In this document: positions 1 to 8,244 of the stretch, one piece after another
How positions within the stretch are numbered: the stretch's first letter is position 1
How the letters are laid out: each line of letters opens with the position of its first letter
IMG/VR virus record: IMGVR_UViG_2061766007_000563
Direction: 5' to 3' (one strand)
DNA: 14,613 nucleotides
From: an uncultured virus (IMG/VR IMGVR_UViG_2061766007_000563)
Taxonomy: Duplodnaviria > Heunggongvirae > Uroviricota > Caudoviricetes
Program-made: the position numbers and the translations under genes
The notes under the pieces: model-generated
What the model saw: the letters and a program-made list of their open reading frames with translations, nothing else
What the model was told of the DNA's origin: nothing
The model's database searches: none

Positions 1-709
1 ATTTTCTCTTTATTTCATTCAGGTTGAAATAAGTATTACAAGGCGCAGCATAAACACTTTCTTTAAATATACCATCATCATAGTAGCCGAGACATTTGGC
101 ATATGGCTTGCTTGATATATACGGAAGATACAATGTTGTTAAACGTTGCGAGTTCTTATCGAAACTGTTTTTATATGCAGACCCTGAACTTGTGACATCC
201 CATTGATACCTATAAGCATAAATTGTTTTTTGTGTATTATTATACAAAGAAATGTTCTGAAGGCTGAGATCAGTAGTAATCTTTATAATGTAGTAAAGCT
301 TTCTTAATGCACGAGTAACAGGCTTTATCTGATTGACTACTTGGATAATCAGTTCAGATTGCTTTATGAAATCGCTATATGACTGGTTTTTTACGTTTAC
401 GAAATCGATATCGAAACGAGAAGTCAAGAAATAATTTTTGACCTTGGCTGTTCCAAGCTCATCTATGCGTTTTCTCACGTCGTTAAGTTCGTCAGCCCTG
501 ATTAGTCCCGATTCGTCAGCAAAGTTCTTTAATGTATTTTGTGTCTTGTCAGACCAGATTTCAGTAATAGATGCGCAAAGGCCAAGCATATTCATTACAT
601 ACTGAATGCCCATGTAAGTACCTTTAATCTGGTTATAAGTTGGCATATTCTTATAAAGATATTTTATAAGAGCGATTGCTTCTGTTTTTACACTTTCTGA
701 ATATTCCAT
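1..709 (-). CDS. Probable baseplate wedge protein (gp7/P2 gpI-like C-terminal half), 3'-truncated by the window edge
   Basis: Not in the ORF track. Hand translation from ATG at 709 stays open to position 1: MEYSESVKTEAIALIKYLYKNMPTYNQIKGTYMGIQYVMNMLGL...VNQIKPVTRAL. The Y..KGT..GI and KP motifs are typical of contractile-tail wedge proteins. AGGA lies 6 nt upstream of the ATG. Confidence 0.6.
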   Translation of the reverse strand, partial: MEYSESVKTEAIALIKYLYKNMPTYNQIKGTYMGIQYVMNMLGLCASITEIWSDKTQNTLKNFADESGLIRADELNDVRKRIDELGTAKVKNYFLTSRFDIDFVNVKNQSYSDFIKQSELIIQVVNQIKPVTRALRKLYYIIKITTDLSLQNISLYNNTQKTIYAYRYQWDVTSSGSAYKNSFDKNSQRLTTLYLPYISSKPYAKCLGYYDDGIFKESVYAAPCNTYFNLNEIKRK

Positions 710-711
710 CT

Positions 712-2043
712 TTAATCCTGTGTTCCATTACTTTTGTCATGCTGTATATCTTCTTTGCTGTTCAGATATTGTAGCAGGCTGTTTAGGTTTGGCGAAACTT
801 CGCAGTTATATTGAGCCCTATAATATTGTAGCATCGGAATTTCTATCTTCGTAATATCGTTAAAATCGCCGATACGGGCAATTTTTTCAAGCGTGCTTAT
901 CGCGTTTCCGGTTGTCAGGCTTCTTTGCGATGTATTCAAGAATTTTTCAAAGAACATTACGAATTCGCCATATCTTTCGTCTTTCAAGTAGTTCGGAATA
1001 TACGGTTTAAATTTATAAAGCCTTCCTTTTTCTTGAACAATAAAGTCTTTCAGTATGGCTTCAGCGAATGTCAATGTCTTTATCAATGGCGCAAGTTCCG
1101 GGTTTACCGTAGTAAAATCAATCCATGCGTCTACGATTAAGCTGCCGTGCCTAGTTACATCTTTAACCTTGAATGTTAACGTTCCGGTTTTTTCAACATA
1201 GCTTTCTGGACCGAATGTCCTCATGTCAATTACGCCGATACTATTCTGTCCTAATTCGACATGCGGTCTAAATGGCCATAAAGACTTGTTCGGATTGTAT
1301 ACCTGTACCGTTACTTCGCCAACGACATTATCGAGGATAATCCTATCTTTAGGATAAATATCGATGAATGTAATAATAAGCGGGCTTATAGTTTCGCGTG
1401 TAAGTTTTTCGTCGATAATTGTCCAAGTGTATTCGTCAGTTTCATATTCGCCCGTGCTATTACCGCAGATATCGAAGAATTCCATGGTAAATTTACCGGT
1501 TGTTTTTCTAAATTTTTCGATATCGAGCTTGAATGTTAACGTATAGGTATCGCCATTACGGTTGACAAAAAAGTCGCTTAAACCGTCGACAGTTATTTCA
1601 GGACTTTCAAATCTTTCTGCCTTAATTAATTCTGTGGTTAAGCTTACAGTATTATATTTAATATTGAATTTGCACAGGTCTATTAAGGAATCAGACTCTA
1701 TTACAATCTTGCCCTTGAAAACAGCTTCTTCGTATTGCGTAAATACGGTCGAAGTAAAGTCAGTCGAAACAATCTTAGGAGGCGTGCTGTCAAATACTAC
1801 ATTTTCAATACTTGAAAGTATGTCAGCATTGATGGTATTGGAACCAAGGAATACTGTGCCAGCGGGATAACTTTCCGGTCTATAGTCATATCGGCCACCG
1901 AAACGAACAATATCCTGTCCGTTTTCATTAAGCGCGGTATACTTGAATTCCCAATTTTCGGCACGGGATAAATCATCAATATGCGAATTGAAGTATCTAG
2001 CGTTGTCTTTAAAGCTTACATCCGTGAGAATTTTTATAGCCAT
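712..2043 (-). CDS. Putative virion/baseplate protein; beta-rich N-terminus, wedge-like C-terminus
   Basis: 443-aa ORF rich in T/V/I/F. The C-terminal YIPNYLK..YGEFVMFFEKFL..DITKIEIPMLQYY segment resembles the start of baseplate wedge domains. It lies downstream of a TATAAATA box. Confidence 0.5.
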   Translation of the reverse strand: MAIKILTDVSFKDNARYFNSHIDDLSRAENWEFKYTALNENGQDIVRFGGRYDYRPESYPAGTVFLGSNTINADILSSIENVVFDSTPPKIVSTDFTSTVFTQYEEAVFKGKIVIESDSLIDLCKFNIKYNTVSLTTELIKAERFESPEITVDGLSDFFVNRNGDTYTLTFKLDIEKFRKTTGKFTMEFFDICGNSTGEYETDEYTWTIIDEKLTRETISPLIITFIDIYPKDRIILDNVVGEVTVQVYNPNKSLWPFRPHVELGQNSIGVIDMRTFGPESYVEKTGTLTFKVKDVTRHGSLIVDAWIDFTTVNPELAPLIKTLTFAEAILKDFIVQEKGRLYKFKPYIPNYLKDERYGEFVMFFEKFLNTSQRSLTTGNAISTLEKIARIGDFNDITKIEIPMLQYYRAQYNCEVSPNLNSLLQYLNSKEDIQHDKSNGTQD

Positions 2044-2044
2044 A

Positions 2045-2839
2045 TTATACGTCCCAGAGTCCTATTGTGTCGAATGATTTTTTATCCAATGTATTGAACT
2101 TAATCTTCGGCCAGTCCTTTCGACATTGATTTGCAACAGACGACTGAAGATAAATTTTCATAATAATTGGATTCTTAAGCATGATTGTCTCTTGTCTTTT
2201 ATTGTCGTTCGCGATATGGTTATTCAGCTCAACCTTGTATTTCTTCAATAATTCGCAACCATGTATAACTATATAATTTATGGCCTTCCTTACATCTTCG
2301 TCTACACAACAATCGATAAAGCCTTCAAAATCGCCAGTCTTAAGAACCCTGTCCCTAAATGATTCGAAATCAGTCAAAAGAATATTTTTATCGTTAGTAA
2401 TCAGTCCTATGTTTTTGTTTGTAAACCAGGCATCGATATTATGGTAATTCCACAAGAATTTCTTATACGCCTGGGTTTTGATATTTTTTATTTCATCTTT
2501 CATCAGTTCGGAATATGTAATAAAGTTGGACCAGCTTTCGCTTTCGCCTGTCTTTACGACATTATTGATGAATTCAGTATATAATTGAGTGCCTTCGACC
2601 TGGATAATGACATTATTTCTGGTCAACGGGTTATTCGAACCCATAAAAATAGCATTCGGGTTCAACGTTACCGGATATTGCGTCGCTTTTGCAATATCTT
2701 TCAATGTAGTAATCAACGTGTCATAGGTAGTAGCGACATAGCCTGATATGACGCTTTTGGATATGATTGAATCTATATCCTTGCCACTGAATGGCATTAC
2801 GACTTTGTTTACGTTAAAAATATCTTTATTGCTTATCAT
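2045..2839 (-). CDS. Hypothetical protein, probably late/virion
   Basis: 264-aa ORF with no recognised motif. First gene after the TATAAATA box at 2850-2857 and 1 nt from the next ORF. Confidence 0.6.
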   Translation of the reverse strand: MISNKDIFNVNKVVMPFSGKDIDSIISKSVISGYVATTYDTLITTLKDIAKATQYPVTLNPNAIFMGSNNPLTRNNVIIQVEGTQLYTEFINNVVKTGESESWSNFITYSELMKDEIKNIKTQAYKKFLWNYHNIDAWFTNKNIGLITNDKNILLTDFESFRDRVLKTGDFEGFIDCCVDEDVRKAINYIVIHGCELLKKYKVELNNHIANDNKRQETIMLKNPIIMKIYLQSSVANQCRKDWPKIKFNTLDKKSFDTIGLWDV

Positions 2840-2849
2840 AATCTTTATA

Positions 2850-2857
2850 TATTTATA
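2850..2857 (-). promoter_or_regulatory. T4-type late promoter (TATAAATA)
   Basis: Exact T4 gp55-dependent consensus, directly after a terminator and 10 nt before the ATG at 2839, at the boundary between replication and structural genes. Confidence 0.65.
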
Positions 2858-2859
2858 AT

Positions 2860-2890
2860 AAAAAACCAGGTCATAAAACCTGGTTCTTTT
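2860..2890 (-). terminator. Intrinsic terminator, possibly bidirectional
   Basis: AACCAGGT (2864-2871) / ACCTGGTT (2878-2885) stem with an A-tract on the left and a T-tract on the right. Confidence 0.8.
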
Positions 2891-2908
2891 AATGCGCTGC
2901 GTATTAGA

Positions 2909-3400
2909 CTAGTAACCGAGCAAGCCGACAACCCAAGGCTTTGCAACGTTCGGGAATTCGTTAACTTCGAGCTTGGTAAGCATCACTGTAACCGGAGTGT
3001 TAAAAAGTTCTGCATTGCCTTTAAGCTTTTCTTCTGACTTGATGAAGAACTCTTTATACTTTTCACGAAGTTCCTGTGACCTGGTATTGAATTCGCCAAT
3101 ACGTGTTTCATCAAGTACGGGCTGATTCTTCGCATCGTATACTATCTTATTGCCATCCTTCTTAGCGCAATCTTTAACGATTTCATCTTGTTCAGCCATG
3201 AATTTCTGAAATTCAGGTTCACGACGTTGATCATAAAGCTGAGACATAAGCGCATTATACGGTTGTGCAAGAACTTCACAATTCTTGAACATGCACCATG
3301 AATATTTTGCCGTAATGCCAGGTTCATTGATTCGAGCATTGAACTCTTCGAAAATCTGTTTAACCTGCATATTACTTAGCTGTGTTTGTTCTACTTTCAT
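2909..3400 (-). CDS. Hypothetical helical phage protein (loosely DUF1617-like)
   Basis: 163-aa ORF with GGAG SD, overlapping the nuclease 3' end by 29 nt. The AKYSWCMFKN segment recalls a small phage protein family; that family call is weak. Confidence 0.55.
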   Translation of the reverse strand: MKVEQTQLSNMQVKQIFEEFNARINEPGITAKYSWCMFKNCEVLAQPYNALMSQLYDQRREPEFQKFMAEQDEIVKDCAKKDGNKIVYDAKNQPVLDETRIGEFNTRSQELREKYKEFFIKSEEKLKGNAELFNTPVTVMLTKLEVNEFPNVAKPWVVGLLGY

Positions 3401-4244
3401 TTTGTTTCTCCATTTTATTTAAATACGGAATTAAAATTTTTTGTAAATCTTGGCACTTATGAACTTCTGCCACGCCTACTTCTTTTGGCGGAATATGAAT
3501 TAAAATCAAGTCCTTGATTTTTATATCGGTATGTTTTTCAAGAATCGCCTTATATATATTCAACTGAAGTTCATAATGTGAAATGTTGCAGTCGTCGAGT
3601 TTATCGAACGGCGCCTTAAGCTTATTATATCGGTTTGAAAATTCCCATTTTTTATTCGTCTTCCAGTCGATAATAGCATAAGAACCGTCCCTTATATCCT
3701 TGGCTAAAAAGTCAATCGTTCCGCAAAGTTTCCAGCCGCGGTCATAAACAATCAACTCGTTCTTGATTGGCATGTAGATTTTTCTCATGTCTGCCATCAT
3801 CTTCTTGAGTTTCTGTTTACGGTAATCGAAATCTTCCTTAATTTCCGGATATTTTTCGAATTCCCTATCGTCAGGATAGAATTCTTTATTTTGCCAACCA
3901 AGTTCTGCAACGGCATGAACCATCGTACCGAGACTGCAAGCAATATCGCCTGAATGATTCCATTCTGCTCTTAATTTCTTTGCTGTTTCAGTAATAAGTT
4001 TCTTGACTTCTGCTTTACGTTTTGCACTGCGTATCTTGCTTAAGTCTACATTTATGCCATCTGCCGTAAGTTTCTTTATCGCCGAACGTTCTGCGATATA
4101 ATCCCAGTCCTTGTCGGATTCGAATTGTCCGACAAAGGTCGTAACCGAAGTATAATTTGTTCCTACGGAGTCGGTATATTTATGTGGCTTTTCGTCAAAA
4201 AAGATATCATTGAACGCATTCCATAATTGTTCATATATGTCCAT
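3372..4244 (-). CDS. PD-(D/E)xK superfamily (RecB/lambda-exo-like) nuclease
   Basis: Motifs SVTT, GTMVHAVAE, NELIV, LCGTIDFL, IIDWKT, YELQLNIY. GAGGTGA SD upstream. Confidence 0.85.
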   Translation of the reverse strand: MDIYEQLWNAFNDIFFDEKPHKYTDSVGTNYTSVTTFVGQFESDKDWDYIAERSAIKKLTADGINVDLSKIRSAKRKAEVKKLITETAKKLRAEWNHSGDIACSLGTMVHAVAELGWQNKEFYPDDREFEKYPEIKEDFDYRKQKLKKMMADMRKIYMPIKNELIVYDRGWKLCGTIDFLAKDIRDGSYAIIDWKTNKKWEFSNRYNKLKAPFDKLDDCNISHYELQLNIYKAILEKHTDIKIKDLILIHIPPKEVGVAEVHKCQDLQKILIPYLNKMEKQNESRTNTAK

Positions 4245-4256
4245 AAATCACCTCTA

Positions 4257-5120
4257 TTATTTTAATTTCGCCCATTCCAGTCTTATACGCTTCATCTGCT
4301 TAGAATATGAACTGTCTGCCCATGAAGGCATACTTTGTTCAAATTCTTCATAAGTCCCGCCAATTCTTTTCCACCAGCATGCCAAAGAAAATACCTGGTT
4401 ATGTCTTTCACCATCCGGCGTATTTTCAATCGTTTCATCTATGTATTTTTTAGCTTTTGTAAGATTTATCTTTCCGAACTTTGAACGGTATTTCTGGTTT
4501 TCTTTATCAAGTTCCTTCAGATATTCTTCCTGTTTATCTATGCAATATTCATAAGCCATTTTCATTTCAAATCCGATATCGACAAACGGGTTAAATAGCC
4601 TGCCGTTATTGAACTTGTAATAATATGGTTTACCTTCTTCTATTATCGCTGGCATCTTAAAGAACTGTGCACGGACAAAACTTGCCTTGTCAACCTTGTC
4701 GAAATAATTGACAAGCATGTGATAAGGACTGAATGCTGTATTATGACACTTAAAGAATAGCCTGTTCAAATCATACTCTTCGTTAAGGAACAAGAATGCC
4801 CTGAATTTCTGATTTATACCGTCATATGAATGCGATGTATGCAATACGAAACGAAATTCTCTAAATGTGTTTTCAAATTCTTTAATGCTATAGTTAGGAT
4901 CGTCAAAATCAAGAATTAAAATATCGGACATTCCAATATTGTCAGTGCAACGCTTGTCACCGATTGCCGTACAAAATTTCCATTGCGGTATCATGCTCTT
5001 TTCCTTGATGACCAATGGATTCTTTATAACATGCATAAACTTGGCTTGGGTCGATTTGTCCCAAACCATTGGCTTCATTACATTGTCAAACTGATTCTTT
5101 ATGTACTGGAGTGTTCGCAT
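4257..5120 (-). CDS. Archaeo-eukaryotic primase (AEP/Prim-Pol) with C-terminal PriCT-like domain
   Basis: Motif I ILILDFDD, motif II LHTSHS followed by KFRAFL, motif III VDKAS..AQFFKMP, and C-terminal GERHNQVFSLACWW typical of PriCT. Confidence 0.75.
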   Translation of the reverse strand: MRTLQYIKNQFDNVMKPMVWDKSTQAKFMHVIKNPLVIKEKSMIPQWKFCTAIGDKRCTDNIGMSDILILDFDDPNYSIKEFENTFREFRFVLHTSHSYDGINQKFRAFLFLNEEYDLNRLFFKCHNTAFSPYHMLVNYFDKVDKASFVRAQFFKMPAIIEEGKPYYYKFNNGRLFNPFVDIGFEMKMAYEYCIDKQEEYLKELDKENQKYRSKFGKINLTKAKKYIDETIENTPDGERHNQVFSLACWWKRIGGTYEEFEQSMPSWADSSYSKQMKRIRLEWAKLK

Positions 5121-5130
5121 TTATACTTTA

Positions 5131-5139
5131 CAAATATAG
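5131..5139 (-). promoter_or_regulatory. CTATATTTG promoter motif (TAnnTTTG-type)
   Basis: Recurrent intergenic motif, 10 nt upstream of the AEP start codon. Confidence 0.65.
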
Positions 5140-5185
5140 AATTTTATAAACAAAAGTTTACAATATAAAAATAATTTAAAAATTT

Positions 5186-5220
5186 AATAAAAATGGGAAA
5201 TTACTTTCCCAATTTTTATT
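5186..5220 (-). terminator. Intrinsic terminator after the dUTPase gene
   Basis: TGGGAAA/TTTCCCA stem (5194-5211), GTAA loop on the minus strand, followed by TTTTTATT. Confidence 0.8.
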
Positions 5221-5992
5221 ACTTTTCGTAGCGGCCGCCAGACTTCTGTCTCATTACATTTTCAATATTCTTGTTATAATAGAACTGATAAATCTGGTCA
5301 GGCTTAAGGTTGATTGCTACAAAAATCTTGAAGAACTTAATCAACATTGTATCGCCAAGTTCTTGAATCTTGAGCGGGTCTTCTTTCCAAACATCGTAAG
5401 TCTTCCAATCCTTATAGCTCGAATTCTGGTAGAGTTCACCAACAGATTCGATAAATTCACCGACGAGATAATGGAGGTCAGAAGTTCCAATTGTTCCAGT
5501 CTTCAAATCTTCAGTCGCATGGTCATAGACTTCTTGCAACTTCATCTTCGGAGAATACTTGAGATAAAGCAACTGGTTCATTACGAAGTGCCAAGCATCG
5601 ATAATTTCATACTTGACAAGATCAGTAATTTCATAATTGTCTTTCTTGAGCTGGTCAAAGAATTCCCAAATTTCAGTAACAGTAGACATCATGAAATAAC
5701 CAGAACGACGAGCGTTTTCGAAGTTATCCTTGTCATTATCCGGTGCCAATGTTCCGCGTTTCTTAGCAAGAATATTCTGTAATGCTCTTTGCATGTTGAA
5801 CATAGTGTCAAGAGCAGTAGTAGCGTCATATTCTTTTGGGAAATCAGGAATTACGATTTCATCAGACTTGGTATCAGCTGCCTTCTTTGCTTCAGCAAGC
5901 TTCTTTGCATTTTCAGCCATACGTTTCTGAATAAGCTGAAAACCATCTTGTTCTTCGGCAACATTGCCGTACATAGAATTTGTATCAATCAT
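5219..5992 (-). CDS. dut: All-alpha (dimeric-type, MazG-like fold) dUTPase/dCTPase, T4 gp56-like function
   Basis: Motifs MFNMQRALQ, TEIWEF, YEIIDAWHF, YKDWK, YYNKNIENVMRQ..G.Y. Confidence 0.85.
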   Translation of the reverse strand: MIDTNSMYGNVAEEQDGFQLIQKRMAENAKKLAEAKKAADTKSDEIVIPDFPKEYDATTALDTMFNMQRALQNILAKKRGTLAPDNDKDNFENARRSGYFMMSTVTEIWEFFDQLKKDNYEITDLVKYEIIDAWHFVMNQLLYLKYSPKMKLQEVYDHATEDLKTGTIGTSDLHYLVGEFIESVGELYQNSSYKDWKTYDVWKEDPLKIQELGDTMLIKFFKIFVAINLKPDQIYQFYYNKNIENVMRQKSGGRYEK

Positions 5993-6327
5993 TAGTTCAC
6001 CTTTTGTTTCTTAGACTTCTTTGTCTTTGCAACACAGACTTCTTCAACAGTGTTATCAGCTGCTTCTAATGCGGCTTTTGTTTGCTTTAAAGATTCAAGA
6101 ATATTATTTGTCTCGTTATATAAAAGTGTTTCGTTCAATTCATATTCTTCGTCAGTCAAACCGAGAAGATTCTTGAATACGAATTCTTTCGATAAAAGCG
6201 GAATAGATGGGTCATCGACTCTTGGGAAAAACTGTGCATAAATACCTAATACTTGTGCAATATTTGAAGCACGTTCCCAATCAACTTTTTTTGATACTTG
6301 TTTATTTGTAGTTTTTTCTTTAACCAT
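5992..6327 (-). CDS. Hypothetical protein resembling the C-terminal (crown) segment of T4-type portal proteins
   Basis: 111 aa, AAGGT SD, TAATG coupling to the dUTPase gene. LSKEFVFKNLLGLTDEEYE recalls the gp20 C-terminal helix pair; similarity is from memory only. Confidence 0.5.
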   Translation of the reverse strand: MVKEKTTNKQVSKKVDWERASNIAQVLGIYAQFFPRVDDPSIPLLSKEFVFKNLLGLTDEEYELNETLLYNETNNILESLKQTKAALEAADNTVEEVCVAKTKKSKKQKVN

Positions 6328-6344
6328 AAAAATACCTTAAAGGA

Positions 6345-6375
6345 TAAAAATACGGGTATACAAATATACCCGTAT
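6345..6375 (-). terminator. Intrinsic terminator after gp32
   Basis: Perfect stem ATACGGGTATA (6350-6360) / TATACCCGTAT (6365-6375), 4-nt loop, followed by a T-tract on the minus strand. Confidence 0.85.
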
Positions 6376-6389
6376 CGAATTATGTTAAA

Positions 6390-7436
6390 TTAGCCGTTTG
6401 CCAAACGTGCGAAGAAATCATCATCATCTTCTTCAGTAGCATCGACCATTTCCGGTTCTTCGTCAGTGGACTTACCTTCATCGAACGGCATAGAGTTGCT
6501 AAAATCAGCCTTCTGGACAGTTTCAGCAGCAGTCTTCTTAGTTTCGAGCGGAGTACCAGCAAACATTTCTTCATCGTCAGCTTCCTGAGTCTGGAAATTT
6601 ACCTTAGAAGTTGTTGCTGCATAATCGCTTGAACCGTCGGTGAATTCAGCCATAAGGTCTTCACCAGCTTTCTTGCGATAGAATTCAAGAATCTGGCCGT
6701 AAGAACGAATCTGGTCTTTTTGGATTTCGATGTCCTTGAGAGTGTAAAGCTGAGCTTCGATTGCGTCAATNNNNNNNNNNGCTTTCCCAATTTTTATTAC
6801 TTTTCGTAACGGCCGCCAGACTTCTGCCTCATTACATTTTCAATATTCTTATTATAATAGAACTGATAAATCTGGTCAGGCTTAAGGTTGATTGCTACAA
6901 ANNNNNNNNNNNNNNNNNNNNNNNNNNNNNNNNNNNNNNNNNNNNNNNNNNNNNNNNNNNNNNNNNNNNNNNNNNNNNNNNNNNNNNNNNNNNNNNNNNN
7001 NNNNNNNNNNNNNNNNCTTACCGACTGTATCTGGCTGGTTATCGTTCTTAACGATATAGACGTTAGAGTAATAGTTCGGACGCCACTTTGCCTTTACCTT
7101 GGCACGTGCTTCATCGGTTCTGCCGTATTTTTCCCAAACCTTTGAGTTGTAATCGCAAATCGGACACGGTTCATTCCACTTCTTTGCACAGTCACAGCCA
7201 AACCATGCACCATTATCTAACTGGAACAAGTGGTTACGGTTTTCAATCCATGGAAGTTCTTCGTCCGGATGTGACGGAAGGAAACGGAGAACGATAGAAA
7301 ACTTTCCGTTTACCATCTTCGGCTTGAACAAGCCTTCGATTTCATAACTCTTCTTTTCGTTTTCACCTTTCTTGCGATTTACATTGATTTTGTCCATTTC
7401 ACTGTAAATATTGCTAAAGCTTCTTTTAATTGGCAT
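6390..7436 (-). CDS. gp32: T4 gp32-like single-stranded DNA-binding protein; middle lost in an assembly gap
   Basis: N-part 7436-7017: VLRFLP, H..., C...CPIC zinc site, YYSNVYIVKND..P...GK. C-part 6770-6390 in the same frame: IDAIEAQLYTLKDI...RSYGQIL...acidic tail DDDDFFARLANG. The track splits it into 184-aa and 87-aa ORFs; the full span is 349 codons. Confidence 0.9.
6781..6901. repeat. Misplaced allelic copy of 5203-5323 (dUTPase 3' end) inside the gp32 gap; assembly artefact
   Basis: Flanked by N runs on both sides. Four substitutions versus the original: three synonymous, one in the terminator loop. Confidence 0.85.
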
Positions 7437-7487
7437 ATTATTTTTTCCTCTTTATGTTTTCTCAATCGTTCATTCGATTGACAATAT

Positions 7488-7496
7488 CAAATATAG
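7488..7496 (-). promoter_or_regulatory. CTATATTTG promoter motif upstream of gp32
   Basis: TTTCTATATTTGA, about 50 nt upstream of the ATG; GAGG SD in the leader. Confidence 0.65.
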
Positions 7497-7517
7497 AAAC
7501 AAAACAAAATGTTTCCG

Positions 7518-8244
7518 TTAGTTTACATTTTTATTTGAGATTTCTGATTGTAATTTAATAATGATCTCTGTGAATGTAATAAACCTCTTGTAATCAATAT
7601 CTTTAATCAAATCCTTATTTACCTCAAATTTTCTTGCTCTGTAACCCTGTATATAAAATTCCGGGTCTATTTTGCTCATTCTATATAGTTTGTAGGCTTG
7701 ATTTTCTTGATTACCGTCGGTCTCATAAAGAGTGAACTTCGTATCGAAAAGTTCATTGATGCCATCATTAGCTTTGATAAGTTTATTTATCTCGTTAATT
7801 TGAGCAGCTATGATTGGACGCTTTTTGAAAATCATGTAGCCTTTCATTTTATTTATATTATTAATTTCGTCCGGTTTGGGAAATTTCTTGTCTACGAGAC
7901 ATTTTTCTATAAAATACATGGTCCAGTGCTCAATATCAGTGATATTGCAGTTAATTTCGTTCACCAACGGAATAAAATAGTTAGACATATATTCGACCCG
8001 GCTGTTGGCCTGGACGAACTGGTTAATCAAGAATTCTTCGAGAGTATCGTTTAACATACTATTCACAAGAACAGTATTGAAACGTTTGCCTTCCCAAATT
8101 TTCTTGATGCTCTTATAGAGCATATAGATTTGGTATTTNNNNNNNNNNCAACATACTGTTCACAAGAACAGTATTAAAACGTTTACCTTCCCAAATTTTC
8201 TTGATGCTCTTATAGAGCATATAGATTTGGTATTTATCGATCAT
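7518..8244 (-). CDS. gp59: T4 gp59-like helicase loader; true start probably 8244, with an artefactual internal duplication
   Basis: ATGA overlap with the upstream stop gives MIDKYQIYMLYKSIKKIWEGKRFN, resembling the T4 gp59 N-terminus (IDGKSVYKLYLMIKQHMNGKYD, from memory). It lies directly upstream of gp32 as in T4. About 209 aa once the 8149-8235 duplicate is collapsed. Confidence 0.6.
8149..8235. repeat. Allelic duplicate of 8052-8138 across a 10-N gap; assembly artefact
   Basis: Near-identical copy with four synonymous third-position differences. Confidence 0.85.

Noticed and set aside
3372..4244. Cas4 / CRISPR association of the nuclease
   Set aside because: No C-terminal Cys cluster for an Fe-S centre, and no array or other cas genes in the window.
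6390..6653. 87-aa acidic ORF as a separate DNA-mimic gene
   Set aside because: The frame is open upstream to the gap and is the gp32 C-terminal part.
6781..6901. Possible DGR template/variable repeat pair with the dUTPase 3' end (and likewise the other duplicates)
   Set aside because: Differences are not adenine-specific in one copy, are mostly synonymous, abut N gaps, and no reverse transcriptase is present.
6771..7016. Intron or insertion interrupting gp32
   Set aside because: The interval is N gaps plus a misplaced allele. Its 246 nt keep the frame and are about the size of the missing gp32 middle.
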